From the NCBI GenBank assembly GCA_024137785.1, contig JAHRHZ010000024.1:11992581-12056580 (forward strand): DNA of 64,000 nucleotides. Reading direction: 5' to 3'. Positions 1-13,300 of this stretch are shown piece after piece. The position numbers and the translations under genes were made by a program. The notes under the pieces were generated by a model. That model was not told the origin of the DNA and made no database searches. It was given only the letters and a program-made list of their open reading frames with translations. Source of the DNA: Ginglymostoma cirratum. Taxonomy: Eukaryota. How positions within the stretch are numbered: the stretch's first letter is position 1; every line of letters starts with the position of its first letter.

Positions 1-1358
1 CTCCTTCCTGGACCTCTCTGCCTCCATCTCTGCAACCACCTGGAAACTGATATCCATTTCAAGCCCACCGACTCCCACAGCTACATAGAATATACCTCCT
101 CCCAGCCACTTTCCTGCAAAAATGCCATCCCCTATTCCCAATGCCTTCGCCTCTGTGGCATCTGCTCCCGGGATGAGGCATTCCACTCCTGGACATCCCA
201 GATGTCCTCGTTTTTCAAGGACTGCAACTACACCCCCACAGCGCTCGAGAACGTCCTCGACAACGTCTCCCGCATTTCCCGCAACTCTTCCCTCACACAC
301 CCTTCCCGCAATAACAACCAAAACAGAATACCCCTCGTCCTCATGTACCACCCCACCAACCTCCAGATCCAAAGCTTCATCCTCCGGCACTTCTGCCATC
401 TGCAATCTGGCCCCACTACCAAAGACATTTTTCCCTCCCCACCCTTATCTGCTTTCCAGAGGGACCACTCTCTCAGTGAGTCCCTCGTCCGCTCCACATT
501 CCCCACCAGCCCCACCACACCCGGCACTTTTCCCTGCAACCGCAGGAAGTGCTACACCTGCCCCCACACCTCCCCCCTCACCCCCATCCCAGGCCCCAAA
601 AAGATCTTCCATGTCAAATAGGTGTTCACCTGCACATCTGCCACTGTGGTATACTGTATCTGCTGCTCCCGATGTGGCCTCCTCTACATCGGGGAAACCA
701 AGCAGAGGCTTGGGGACTGCTTTGTGGAACACTATGCTCAGTTCACACTGAACAACTGCACCTTCCAGTCACCAACCATTTCAACTCCCCCTCCCACTCC
801 TTGGACGACATGTCCATCCTGGGCCTCCTGCAGTGCCACAACCATGCCACCCAAAGGTTGCAGGAACAGCACCTCATATTTTGCTTGGGAAGCCTTCAGC
901 CCAATGGTATCAATGTGGACTTCACAAGCTTCAAAATCTCCCCTCCCCCAACCGCATCCCAAAACCACCCCAGCTTGTCCCCGCCTCCCTAACCTGTCCT
1001 TCCTCCCACCTATCTCCTTCTCCCACCTCAAGCCCCACCCCCAACTCCTACCTACCGGTCTCATCCTGCCCCCTTGACCTATCCGTCCTCCCTGGACTGA
1101 CCTATCCCCTCCCTAACTCCCCATCTGCACTCACTTTTACTGGCTCCAGCCCCACCTCTTTGACCTGTCTGTCTCCTCTCCACCTATCTGCTCCTTTATC
1201 CATCTTCTATCATCCTTCCCCTCTTTCCCTATTTATTTCAGAACCCCCTTCCCCTCCCCCATTTCTGAAGAAGGGTCTAGACCCAAAACATCAGATTTCC
1301 TGCTCCTCTGATGCTGCTTGGCCTGCTGAGTTCATCCAGCTCTACACCTCGTTATCTC
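1..1358 (+). mobile_element. Penelope-like element family A, 3' part: RT C-terminus, linker, GIY-YIG endonuclease and pyrimidine-rich tail; stops and frameshifts present
   Basis: Translation gives FLDL..TDIHFKPTDSHSY, the Cys motif CNRRKCYTC, and VVYCICCSRCGLLYIGETKQRLGD (GIY-YIG). The tail is shared with the copies at 14238, 46734 and 50733. Confidence 0.9.
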
Positions 1359-2639
1359 ATTATCAATCTGTGGGCAAGATTATGCATAATATTATAGTGA
1401 ATCCCATAAGCACCTAAGGAAATAGTCAACTCTGAAGCATTGACTGTAGTTTTGTATCATGATCGTATACAAGATGTGACCGAGCTGACAACCTGTTCAT
1501 TGTCCAGTAATTTGACCTTTGAAAGGCAATTATGCAGCTTACAGAAACCACTGGAAAAGTCCCAAGTCTGAGTTAGACTGAATTATTTTGGAGGGTTCCA
1601 ACTGACTTAAGCTTAATAGTTATGCAAGAATTGAAATCTCCTCTAAGCTCCTGTAACTGTAAACTAAACCCCGACTCATGACTGAAACCCCAGCTACCTG
1701 CTCTGGAGCTCTCCTCAGCCAACGTCCATCTCCTCTGACCTGACCTTGTTGAACCAAAGACAGGGCACCATCTTGCCCCAGACCAGATTCCATGTCCTCC
1801 TCAGGCGCTAATCTGACATTCACCCAACAACCCAAACCCCCCCACCCCATATGTAACTTCACTCCTCCTACCTGACCCATCAACCTACTCTAAGTACTTG
1901 TCACCCTATCCCTCACGATCTCCTGTCTGTACGCCTCAGTCATCTGCCACCCTAACCCCTTAATCATCTGGCAATCCAGCTTCTATACCTTCACCCATCT
2001 GCTACTCTATCCTCCTCGCCCATCAGTCATCTGGCATCCTAGACCTCCACCCACCTGTGACTCCAATTCTCTGACTGCCTTACCTACATGTAACCCTAGC
2101 TCTTCATTCAGTGGGCACCCTACACATCTTCCCACTACCTGCCACACTAATGCCCAAAACTCCTCACCCATTTGACACCCTTCCCCTCTACATCTGATTT
2201 GGATCAGAAATAGGGAATAACGGAGGTACATTCCAACCCAGGAGTCTTATGTGTCCTCCCTCGAATCTTCACATCATTCTGAAAGTGTGGTGCCAGAATT
2301 TGACACAGTATTTCATTTGGGGGTATACTCGTGTTTTATCGAGGTTCTCAGGTTTTTTGCATTCTGTAGGGGAAAGATTGGGTAGGTCTTTGGCCACTGG
2401 GATCATCATTCCATGCTTGTCACACCTCAGCCTTCTAACTGCAGGGAGCAGCTGAAATGATAGCGTGAGGGTTTCCAGGAAACTGCAGTGCAAAGACTGA
2501 GCACTCCGCTTTAATGGTTGCTCCATTCCCACAAGACAAGGTGTGCTAGGCTTTTCACCTATATACTACACCCTAGTTAAGAGGATGGACAGGAAATCTC
2601 AGCACAAGTATCTGTCAAAATCTCAAATTATTCAACTGC

Positions 2640-2757
2640 AGGTGGACTGCAGTGGTTCAAGAATGCAGATCACCGCCATGTCCTCAAGGGCAACTAGGGA
2701 TGGGCAATAAATGTTTGCCAACCAGCGACGCCCATATCCCCCAAATGAATATAAAAA
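2640..2757 (+). mobile_element. 3' tail of an L2/CR1-superfamily LINE
   Basis: ggactgcagtggttcaag...gggcaactagggatgggcaataaatg..ccagcgacgccca; the same tail ends the LINEs at 17290 and 34965 and the SINE at 62627. Confidence 0.7.
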
Positions 2758-2824
2758 TGCCAGCAGCATGTCTGTTGCTCGAAAACTAAAACATATGAAC
2801 CTACGTTTTCTCAGCTACTGTCAA

Positions 2825-2922
2825 TTCTGAGGAAGGGTCACCGGACCCGAAATGTTAACTCTGAATTTTCTTCACAAAAGCTGCCAGACCTGTTGAGCTT
2901 TTCCAGCAACTTCTGTTTTTCG
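2825..2922 (+). mobile_element. Solo PLE family B tail with hammerhead motif
   Basis: CTGAGGA-A-GGGTC-accg-GACCC-GAAA-tgtt followed by gctgccagacctgttgagcttttccagcaac, matching the 3' end of the PLE at 4927-6402. Confidence 0.8.
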
Positions 2923-3334
2923 CTCTAAAACTGGAATTGTGAGTGTCTCAGGTGACCCTGAAATAAGCCTGCATAAAAATTCCTCCTCCAAAGGCATCTT
3001 TATGCTTTTTGTTCCAATGTTGTCTCTTTGCGTGATTCTTTATTCAAGCAGCATTTACACTATAAGGGCAGCATCTGTATGAATTGCTTTCAAATGCCAC
3101 TACAGATGTAATATGAATGCATAACCCTAAATTCTCATAAGGTGATTAGGCTCAAGAGACATGTACATCTGAAAACATTGTCTTCAAAAACATTGCTTTC
3201 ACTGAATGTACCAGTAATAGTTTTGTTTCATTTTTGTCCCTTTCAATGGACTACGCTTATTTAAGTTAATATATATCTCTGTGAAAATATACGAGATTTA
3301 GTATGAATATATTGTGTGTTAATTGAAGAAAAGC

Positions 3335-3650
3335 TTAGATTTATAATGTCTCTTTCTTGTACACTGGATATTCCAAAGTATTTTGCAGCAAATTATTACT
3401 TTTGATTTGTGATCACCATGACAATGCAGAAATATGGCAGCCAATTTGCGCGTGGTAAGGGCCGAAAACATTAATGTGATAATGACGGTGCAATTTATTT
3501 TGTTGGGGCTACTTGAGGAACAAATATTAGCAAGGGAACTGAGAACAATTCCCTTGTTTTTTGAAATAATGTAATCAATTGTTTTCCATTCTCCTGGGAA
3601 GGAACGTGGGCCTCATTATGAAGGAAAGTTCCTCCAGAAATACAGCTTTA
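3335..3650 (-). mobile_element. Old DeuSINE-like (SacSINE1/AmnSINE-type) relic
   Basis: Degenerate similarity to 4360-4620 and 22750-23090 (gcagccaatttg..aaatatt..ccttg..tttgaaata..gggcctc). Confidence 0.5.
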
Positions 3651-4359
3651 GGCTCTGACTTGTTACGTGTAAACTAACCCATTTCTTCACAAGACCTCAA
3701 AACTAAGAACTCATTATGTCCTTTGTTTATTCTTCCCCCGACATTTCACAAGATTCAGAAGCCCATGTTTGATGTCACCTGATTAACTCGGATTCTTTGG
3801 GCTTTTAATCTATTTTCTCACAATGATGCAGGCAAATAAATAAAAGCTGAAATAAAATAGGAATTGCCTGGATTCTTGGACTAAAGGTAGGAACTGTTGG
3901 AAATCCACAGCTTTACATTGGAATCTGATGAAAGCACTGGAAGCTATTCGTTTTTTATTTTTACTTCAATATTTTGCAACCCAATCTGGAAAAATAATGC
4001 TACTAAGATACAAATACTTCAGTGATTTAGCATATTTTATACAGTTTGTACAATGTGAAAACAACATAAGAAAAATAATTTCTTGTGAATTGGTTGTAAA
4101 GAAAGCAATGTTAATCTTCAGATGCAGGGCTCTGTGCATGGATACAGAATTGATACTGGTCCTGAATTTGTCTGTAATATCTGTGTGATATAGTTCAATG
4201 ATTTTAAATTCCACTTTATAGTACATTGACCACGAGTCTTCAAATGTTTCTATTTTTGATACACATGCAGTCAATTCTACACTTCTGATTAAAGCTTCTG
4301 AATTTATAGCCAAGACATGGACACATATATTCATTGTTACATACAAGTGAAGTAATTAC

Positions 4360-4620
4360 TGGATTTATATTGTACCTTTCTGACCTCAGGACGACTAACA
4401 TCATTAAAGTCAATGATGTGCGTTTGAAGTGTAGTCATAGGATCTGTTGCAGCCAATTTTTGCACAGCATTGTCTCACAAATAGCTGTGAAATAAATGAT
4501 CAGAAAGTTGCTTTTAGAATTTTTTTGAGGCATAGATATTGACCAAGAGATTTGGCAAAACACCTCAGCTCTTCAAAATATTGTCATGAGTTATTTCAAA
4601 TCCACTTGAGTGACAGGTAT
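4360..4620 (-). mobile_element. Old DeuSINE-like relic
   Basis: ttgaagtgtagtca..gcagccaattt..gctcttcaaaatattgtcatg..tccacttgag. Confidence 0.5.
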
Positions 4621-4926
4621 ATCATGACAGCAGGAGGCATATAAAGCTTGCAACCACTGCGAAGAACTCATGGCTAGACGCTAATAGAGGAAGTCAGATT
4701 GATTAGCTTACCTCCCAATTAGTCAATAGTAATGGATTAATTGCCCTCTCATCTGGCCTCCCATTTAAGGATAAGAATGACCACAGCGGGCAGCAAAAAG
4801 GCCACATTGTCAGCTATGCCAACCTGACTGATTTTAATGGCCATGCTGTTATGCTGCCAGCTGATGATTTTACAAGGCAAATCATGTCCCAGACCAATCT
4901 AACTTGATATATCATGTAAAAACTGA

Positions 4927-6402
4927 ACAAAAACAAAGTTGCTGGAAAAGCTCAGCAGGCCTGGCAGCATCTGTGAAGGAAAAAACAGTTAACGTTTCAG
5001 GTCCAGTGACCCTTCCTCAGAACCGAAAGTCGCTGGGAAAATGTTAGGTTATATGTAGAGAAAAGGGGAAGGGGGATAGGGTAGGGAGTAAACTATAGGA
5101 TAGAGCCTAGAGAGAGAGAAGAACAGTTGGATAGACAGAGAGTTGATAATGATCTGGCTGGGAGGTTGAATACTTGTTAATGGGAACTATTAGTGACTAA
5201 CAGCAGGTGGTGTGTAATAGACTATGTGGTAACAAGGCCTGGTGTGTGGGGTAGGGGGCTAGGACATGGGATAGTTTAGGCCCTAAAATTATTGAGCTCG
5301 ATATTGAGTCCGGAGGTCTGCAGGGTCCCCAGGCGGAAAATGAGATGTTGTTCTTCCAGCTTGCGTTGAGCTTCACTAGAACACTGCAGCAAGCCAGAGA
5401 CAGACATGTTGGACAGGGAACAGGGTGGTACATTAAAGTGGCAGGCAATAGGTAGAATGTAAATGTTCTGTGAAACGGTCATCTAGTCTATGCTTCATTT
5501 CCCCAATATAGAGGAGACCATATTGTGAGCAGCGAATTCAGTAGACTAGAGTCTGGGAAGTGCAGGTGAAGTGTTGCTTCACCTGGAAGATATGTTTGGG
5601 CCCTTGGATACTGGGGAGGGAAGAGGTAAATGGGCAGGTGTTGCACCTTGGCCGGTTGCAGGGGAAGGTACCGTAGGGCTGTCGGGGGGTGTTGGGGGTG
5701 AAGGAAGTGTGGACAAGAGAGTCCTGGAGGGAACAGTCCCTGCAGAACGTGGACAAGCGAGGAGAGGGAATATGTGTCTGGTGATGGAATCTTGCTGGAG
5801 GTGGTGGAAATGGTGCCTGATGATCTTCTGGATGTGGATGCTGTTGGGATGATAGGTAAGGATAAGGGGAACCCTATCCCTGTTGCAGGAGGGAAGAGAA
5901 GAGGTGAAGGAAGAAGTACAGGAGATGGATCGGACCTGGTTGAGGGCCCTGTCGACAACGGAGCTGGGGAATCCTCGGTTGAAGAAGAAGGTGGACATTT
6001 TGGAGGCTCCCTTGTTGAAGTTGGCCTCATCTGAACATATTCGATAGAGACAGAGGAACTGAAAGAATGGGATGGAGTCTTTACAGGAAGTGGAGTGTGA
6101 GGATGTATAGTCCAGGTAGCTGTGGGAGTCGGTGGGTTTATAGTGGATATTAGTGGATAGTCTATCCCCAGAATTGGAAACAGAAATGTTGAGGAAGGGA
6201 AAGGAAGAGTCAGAGATAGACCAGGTGAAAGTGAGGACAGGGTGGAAATTGGAGGTGAAATTGATGAAATTTTCCAATTCCAGACGAGAGAGGTGAAGTA
6301 TCACCAATGGTATCATCGATGTATTGGATAAAGAGTTATGGGTGGAGGCTGGAGTAGGACTGGAACTAGGAATGTTCCACGTACCCCATGAAGAGACAGG
6401 CA
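4927..6402 (-). mobile_element. Penelope-like element family B, 5'-truncated (RT C-terminus + GIY-YIG), frameshifted
   Basis: ORF 5579..6403 (LENFINFTSNFHPVLTFTWSISD..IHYKPTDSHSYLDYTSSH), CNRPRCNTC, FTCTSQTLVY, KLEEQHLIFRLGTLQTSGLNIE. Confidence 0.9.
4986..5025 (-). ncRNA. Putative minimal type I hammerhead ribozyme in the PLE tail (best-preserved copy)
   Basis: Minus strand reads CGGTT-CTGAGGA-A-GGGTC-actg-GACCT-GAAA-CGTT-AACTG: full core, stem II, palindromic ACGT stem III and a 5-bp stem I with one GU pair. Confidence 0.7.
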
Positions 6403-6741
6403 TTTTTTTTTGTTGGTTTTAATGAGGTAGTCACTTACTGAAATATAAACATGCGATGTTGAAGATTTGGGTTTAGACAAAAAACTGAAGTTTATTGCGC
6501 AAAAGAAATGAAGATAAAATGGTAAGAGCCAAATTATTTACAGATAATGCATATTTAAAGCATTCAAAACATGTGGTAAAAATGTATTGATCCCAAAAAC
6601 ACAACAGATCCCTAAAAATATCTTTACAGTACTTACACTAAAGAGAATTTCCTTCTCTATCACCACTTTCGGCTTAATTTAACTTTGACTTCAACTCCCA
6701 GACTGGAGAATCTGACAGTCCTTTCTGGAGATAGCAGGATT

Positions 6742-6838
6742 TTTCTGAAGAAGGATCCAGATCTGAAACGTCAGCTTTCCTGCTCCTCTGATGTTGCTTG
6801 GCCTGCTGTATTCATCCAGCTCTACACCTTGTAGTCTC
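6742..6838 (+). mobile_element. Solo PLE family A tail with hammerhead core
   Basis: CTGAAGA-A-GGATC-ca-GATCT-GAAA-CGTC at 6745-6772, then agctttcctgctcctctgatg..tctacaccttg. Confidence 0.8.
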
Positions 6839-7049
6839 TGGAGCCTTCTTACACCTAAATCTTAGGTTCAAATACCTACCTTTTAAGATTTTATTCAAAA
6901 ACCTCTGGCCTGGAACTACTAAAAACTCCTTATTGTGAAAAGAAATTTTTTTTAAAATAGGTCTAAACTATCTTCTCCCTTTCTCAGGAGCAACTGATCT
7001 ACATATTCATCTTCAGCTAAGAACATTGCAGAACTGGATTTTCTCAGCA

Positions 7050-7790
7050 CTTGGTACTAGGCACATAGATGTTTTGATGCATGTTTAATGATTTGGCTTG
7101 GGTCAAAGGGCATTTAACATAATATCAATGTTTACAGTTACTATGAAACTTGAAGGGTTATAATGACTAAGTAAGACCGTAATGGAGTTCCAGAACAAAC
7201 CGATAGTCTGCTAGAATGGACAGGAATATGGCAGGTGAAATTCAATACAGAAAATTATGAGGTTATATGTTTTGAGAAGAACAAGTGAGTTGCAATAAAA
7301 GCTAAATGGTACAGCTTGTTCAAAAAATTTTGAGAGCGGTAGGACATTTTAAGTTAACAAAGCCATTCATGAAGCATGTGGAGTTTGTAAATTTGCCGAT
7401 AGATCCAGGGAGTGCAAACAAGAGGTTATGCTAACCCTGTGTGAGACATTTGGTTCGTTCAAGATGGAGTACTCCATCCAGTCCTGGACACCAGGCAATA
7501 GGTGTTTACAGCCATGAAAGATTTAGATAGAGTAAATAAAGGAAAAATGTTTCTTAGGCTGAAGAATCAATTATCAATTATGCAATTGGCAAGACAACCA
7601 GGAGAAACATGAGCTTAAGGGTTTTTACAGAATTGTTGTTTAAATTTAAAATGGACTGCTTGATATATTGGTGGGTACAAACTTAACAATAACCTTCAAA
7701 AGAAAATTTCAAAATGCTTGTGAAAAAAAATGACATGGATATCAGAAATGATGGAGGAGATTTAATGGGTCTTATTCTATGATTGCATGA
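7050..7790 (+). mobile_element. Highly decayed CR1 LINE 3' fragment
   Basis: Remnants of RT C-terminal motifs (tggcaggtgaaattcaat = WQ.KFN; ggagtactccatccagtcctgg = EY..Q.W). Confidence 0.6.
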
Positions 7791-9006
7791 ATCTATAAGA
7801 TGAAACCTTAGGCGTAAGCTTGGGCTTGCTGTTGCATTTGGCACTTGTCTATGACTCTACTCGCCAAAGTTTAATTTTTTTCATATAATATAGAATCGCC
7901 AGTGAGCAGTGAAAGAAATAACAATGAGAGGGTCAACTTTAAAACAGAAAACACAAGAATAAATTAAATGCACCAAAATAGGCTTAGAACAAGAGCCAAA
8001 GCAAAGATTAGGAAGAAAGAAACAAGAATAGAGAGTGAATAGAACTGCCAGGCAAATAATGCACCAAATCGTAATTGAATCAAATTTAGACGAAACTGGA
8101 AGTATGAAAAAAGATAAAGAAACAGTTTACACTATTTTGCAGTATTCTATTCTTAATGGATTAGATGATAACTAGACTGGTCTAGAGATATATAATAGTC
8201 AAGAGACTTCTAAAAATTTAAATTCAAACAACTACCATGTTTGGAGTTATATTGTTGACATACAGAATGCAGGACAAATTTCAGACGTCAGAATGGTCCA
8301 GAAATTGCTGGAAACATAACACATCACTCAACTCATTAGTGCATAAAGAAACTCCATTTTGTAGTGAAAAAAAAGACATACAATGACTTTCAATACACAG
8401 TATTCCTGGACAATTTGTGTTATGTTCTTCATTAGCCTTGACAAAACCAAAAAAAAACTGAAAGCTCATGGTTGATATTTCTCTTTAATGCATGACGTAA
8501 AATTGCTAAATTTCCAACATCAATACAAATTAGTCTTGATGCATTCATTGACGGCTGGTAATTTATGTCCCAGTAACCCTGTCAAATGTATGATTTATGA
8601 TCAACCCCACCCCAGTTCGGCACAAAAATTAAAGGACAGCCAAGATTAAAAGTCAAAGAAACTTTCATTCATTGCCACAGGTTAAAATAAAATTGAGATA
8701 AAATGCTGAGTTTCATTTTACCTTTGAAAATATGCAAGCAAATAGAAAATATTCCAGGAAGTTTTGAAAATTTGTACATCATTTCTGACCTGATTATTTC
8801 ACAGCAACAACAATACATGTACCATTAAAGTCAGCTACCAATAAGTAAGACAAACTAAACAGACGAGGGTAAGGCTTAGAGCAGAGTACTAACAGAAGGA
8901 AAAAGCAGAATTGTAAAAATAAATGTATCTGAGAAGAGAACAGGAGAAAACCTGAGGGCAAGAGTAGAATATTCGGAAAAAACAGAAGGCTGAATTTTAC
9001 CAGAAA

Positions 9007-10840
9007 TCAGCTAATTGTTAATTTAAATGTAAACAAAGACTCTGTCCCCACAGCTGTCTGCGGCAAGGAGTTCCAAAGACTTACAACCCTCGGAGAGAAG
9101 AAATTTTTCCTCTTCTCAGTCTTAAATTGTTGCCCCTTTATTCTGAGAGTATGCCCTCTGGCCCTAGACTCTCCCATGAGGAGAAACATCCTGTCAGCAT
9201 TTATCCTATCAAACCCCTTAAGAATCCTATATCTTTCAATGACATTGCCTCTCAGTCTTTCAAATTTCAATGAGTAAATTCCCAACCTGTTCAACCTTTG
9301 CTCGTAAGAAAATCCCTCCATACAGGGGGAATGAACCTTCTCTGAGCTGCCTCCAATGAAATAATTTCTTAATTAAGGGAACCAAAAGAGCTTACAGTTT
9401 GTTCTCCATATGTGATCTTACCAGCACCTTGTGCAGTTACAGGGCTTTCTGACTCTTAGAACAGTACAGCACAGTACAGGCCCTTGGGCCGACGATGTTG
9501 TGCAGAACTTTTACCCTAAACCTAAGGTCTATCTAACCTCCACCCCTACCTTATACTAACATCCATGTGCCTATCTAATTGCCGCTTAAATGCCCCTAAT
9601 GAGGCCGACTCCATTATCCTCTCTGGTAATGCATTCTACACCCCTACCACTCTCTGAGCAAAGAACCTATAGAACTTAATGAACAATGCTTTTAGGCAAG
9701 AACTGCGGAGCATTGACATGCATAGAGAATTGGTTAATGGAAAGGAAATAGCGAGTAGGGGTAGGTTCTTTTTTGAGTTGGCGACCTGTAACCAATGGGG
9801 TTTCACAGCAATCATTGTTGGGACCACAACTGTGGTATACTCGAACCTCCTTGAAATAAAGACTGACATTCCATTAGCCTGTGTACCTGTGTGCTAGCAT
9901 TCTGTGTATTGTACACAAATACCCCAAGCCCATACAATTCAAGGGTTGAACATTTCTGCAGATTTTTTTTTTCATTTAAACACTACTCTATAGTTTTGCT
10001 CTCCCTTCCAAACATCTTCACATCTTTCCACATTATATTCCACTTGCCAACATTTTTGCTCACAAACTTAACCTATTATTATCCCTCTGTAAACGGTTTA
10101 TACTCTTCTCGCAACTTGCCTTTCCACCTATTTTTGTATCTCTGTATGTATTTTTGTATGGCTACAGCATGGCCACTTCCTTCTCCAAGTCATTAATATG
10201 TATTCTAAACAGTTGTGGTCCCAACAATGATTGCTGTGGAACCCCACCTGTTACAGATTGCCAACTCAAAAAAGAACCTACCCCCACTCACTGTTTCCTG
10301 TCCATTAACCAATTCTCTATGCATGTCAATGTTCTACAGTTCTTGCCTAATAGTATTGTAATTCCCCCTCCCCAATTAAATGCTTTTCCATACCATCTGC
10401 TCCTATCCCTCTCCATGACTATAGTAAAGGTCATGGAGTTGTGATCAATATCACTGAAATGCTCTCCCACCGGGAGATCTGACACCTGGCGTGGTTCATT
10501 GCCAAGCACCAAATCCAATATGGCCTCCCTTCTAGTCGGCCTATCTACAAATTGAGTCAGAAATCCTTCCTGGACACACCTGACAAAAACTGCTCTACCC
10601 AAACGATTTCACTTAGGAGGCTCCTGTCTCTACTGGGGAAGTTGAAGTCACCCATGACAACAATCTTATTATTTCAGCACCTTTCCAAAATCTGCTTCTC
10701 AGTCTGTTCCTCAGTGTCTCTGTTGCTATTGGTGGTGGTGGTTGGGGGTGGGTGGGGTAGGTCTCTAGAAAACTCCCAATAAAGTGACTGTTCCTTTCCT
10801 GTTTCTGATTTCCACCCAAATTGACTCAGTAGGTAAACCC
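9007..10840 (-). mobile_element. Cluster of CR1 LINE fragments (3' ends and an endonuclease-region piece), mostly minus strand
   Basis: ORFs 9007..9321 (GFSYEQRLNRLGIYSL..RKNFFSPRVVSLWNSLP) and 10288..10602 (FLTQFVDRPTRREAILDLVLGNE..DHN). Confidence 0.85.
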
Positions 10841-10844
10841 TCCA

Positions 10845-11160
10845 GGGCAGCATGGTGGCTTAGTGGTTAGCACTGCTGTTGCACAGCGCCAGGGATCGAT
10901 TCCACTCTCGGGCAACTGTCTGTGCGAAGCTTGCATGTTCTCCTCATGTCTGCTTGTGTTTCCTGTGGGTACTCCGGTTTCCTCCCACAGTCTAAAGATG
11001 TGCAGGTCTGGTGGATTGGCCGTGCTAAATGGCCACATAGTGTTCAGGGATGTGTAGATTAGATGGGTTATAGGGGGATGGGTCTGGATGGGGTGTCTGA
11101 GGGTCAGTGTGGACTTGTTGGGCCGAAGGGCCTGTTTCCACACTGTAGGGATTCTATGAT
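10845..11160 (+). mobile_element. tRNA-derived V-SINE (HE1-like)
   Basis: A box tggcttagtgg, B box gatcgattcc, V-domain ctccggtttcctcccacagtctaaagatgtgcagg, CR1-type tail gggccgaagggcctgtttccacactgtagggattctatg. Confidence 0.85.
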
Positions 11161-11580
11161 CAGGTCAAACTACTGCCTCCAATACCATGTGCAGTTATCT
11201 TAGAATTTAAACTTTTGTGGGGTATCTTGTCAAATGTCTTCTGGAAGTCCAAATACAATACATCTACTCGTTCCCCTCTAACTACTCTGCTGAGACTTGC
11301 TCGAAAAATAAATTAGTCAGTTATGGTTTCCCTTTCATAAAGCCACGCTGACTCTACTTAATTAGATTATAATTTTCGAAATGTTCTGCTATTACTTCCT
11401 GAATAATCAATTGCAATAATTTTCTAACAGTAGGTGTTAGACTATTTGGCCTATAGTTACCTGTTTTAGGCTTCCTGCCCTTTTAGAGTAATAGTGTCAC
11501 ATTGGCAGTTTTACAAACTGCTGCTACTTCTCAAGAGTCCAAGGATTTTAGAAAAATTATAACCAATGTATCGACTTTTT
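11161..11580 (-). mobile_element. CR1 LINE RT-region fragment
   Basis: Minus strand encodes GNYRPNSLTPTV.K and VDVLYLDFQKTFDKIP. Confidence 0.8.
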
Positions 11581-13300
11581 CTAAGCAAAGCACATGGTCT
11601 CCTACTCCCACTGTTGTATTCAATAGCATCTCTCAATCACTCTCAAGCACCCTGATCACTCCAGACTATTAACCCGACATGCCCTCCGTGCTGCCTATTC
11701 ACTCACTCGGGACACATCACTGCATTTCCCCACATCTGCACTGATACTAATTGTGCCAGGCTCTGTAATCTCATTCAATGTCTCCCTTTGTCTCATTCCA
11801 GGAAAAACTATTAAAACAACTTGGCGGAGGACACCAAGGTGATGGTGGGGTTAGCCTGGCACCCATCTCCGCACCCCCTAGAAGATGTGCATCCTTGTCT
11901 TAGTGGCAGAAAATAGAGACTGTTCATGTGGGGATGCTGAGACCTGAATGATTAAGATTCATTATCAAGTGCTGCACTGCTTTCCCCCCACCACTGTTAT
12001 GAATGTGATCTCAACAGGACCAAACTTTTAACTTTATGTTGCAGCTCACAAACAGAGGCAGAGCTTTTGCCTGCACCATCAATCAGCTCAGATACTGAGA
12101 GTTCAGTGGGCATTATGGCTCGATCAGAGTCAGGAGCACATTCTGGTGAGCAATTCTCTGCCATGTTTCCACAGCTGGTTGAAGAAGAAATGCCCAGGTT
12201 GTTAGCACTCAGAGAACTGCTGGAGACCAGAAACCAGTTAATCTCCACCAGGAGGAGACACCATTAGGCACTTAATTGTTCTATGGGTGGGTGAGGGGCC
12301 TTGCCTATGTTTTATAAACCCCTGGATAATAATGCTACACATCACTGACCACACACCCCCACCTCCCCATGAGCTGTCAGTCATACAGCTCTCCATTGCC
12401 TGTCAGCAACACAGTGTGCGGTGACAACTTCCAATAATGTACTGACTAGAAGCCTTCACCGAAATGCACAAGTGAATAGAGGAGCAGCAGGCAGGTTTGT
12501 TGGATGCACAGGACAAACTGACAATTAGTTCACCAGTGCTGTATGTACCTATGTACCATGCTGCCTCTGGCATGCCATTGCCAGGTTGGTGGCCGACATT
12601 GAGAGCCAGGACCAGCACTGTCTCAGTGTATACTGGATATGCACATAGACCTGCACTCCATTGCTCTACCGTTGGTGCTCAGCAACATTGGCAAGGCAAT
12701 AAGGGGACAAAGGACATTGATCTGACTCCAAGTGCCCCTTCTTTGCAAGGAGACAGGGTGATGCCAGTCGACACACAGCCAGAGAAGGAACTACATACAT
12801 TCCCAACAGAAGTCTCTTCACAGTAGACTCTGAAGGTAGCTAGGGTTTCCACCATCACCCTGCCTGCTACTGTCAGCCCAGTGGGAGTTCAATGTGAGGA
12901 GGGTGAACCTGCCTCTGGGCAGGTCACACCCAGTATCCCTGGGGTTCCATTGTGATTGACAGAAGCAGCATCAGGAACAGGTCTTGACACCCATCCAGCC
13001 TTCATTCAACAGTGTCTTGAGTTCCTAAGCAATCTGTAGCTTCTGGTCAGTGCATTAGTGGAAGATCTTACCACCCCAGGTGGTGCTGACAGGCAATGGA
13101 GAGCTGTCAGCATCCGCTTGACTGACAGGCCTTGTGGAAGTGGTGGTGTGAGGAGTCCACCACTGGCCAGTTAAGTGTCTTATTGGCACTTTCAGGTAGG
13201 CCTTCATTTATGGTGATGACGCAGCACTCCAGAAGTTCCTATGGGTGGCGAGCATGATGCCTATGATCACCATTACATTCCGTCCACATTTGAATGCACA
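11580..13300 (+). mobile_element. Decayed PIF/Harbinger-like element (Myb/SANT-gene region)
   Basis: Same intron/exon-like layout as 57950-59964 (acceptor ctttgtctcattccag|GAAAAACTA at about 11801); candidate TIR ggctgaattttac at 8988, upstream of the nested CR1 cluster. Confidence 0.4.

Noticed and set aside
122-1417. Overlapping Pro/Ser-rich ORFs (209, 147 and 194 aa)
   Set aside because: Alternative frames of the C-rich Penelope element, not host genes
10845-10910. tRNA-like heads at 10845, 25146, 55214 and 62627
   Set aside because: SINE Pol III heads that cannot form a full cloverleaf
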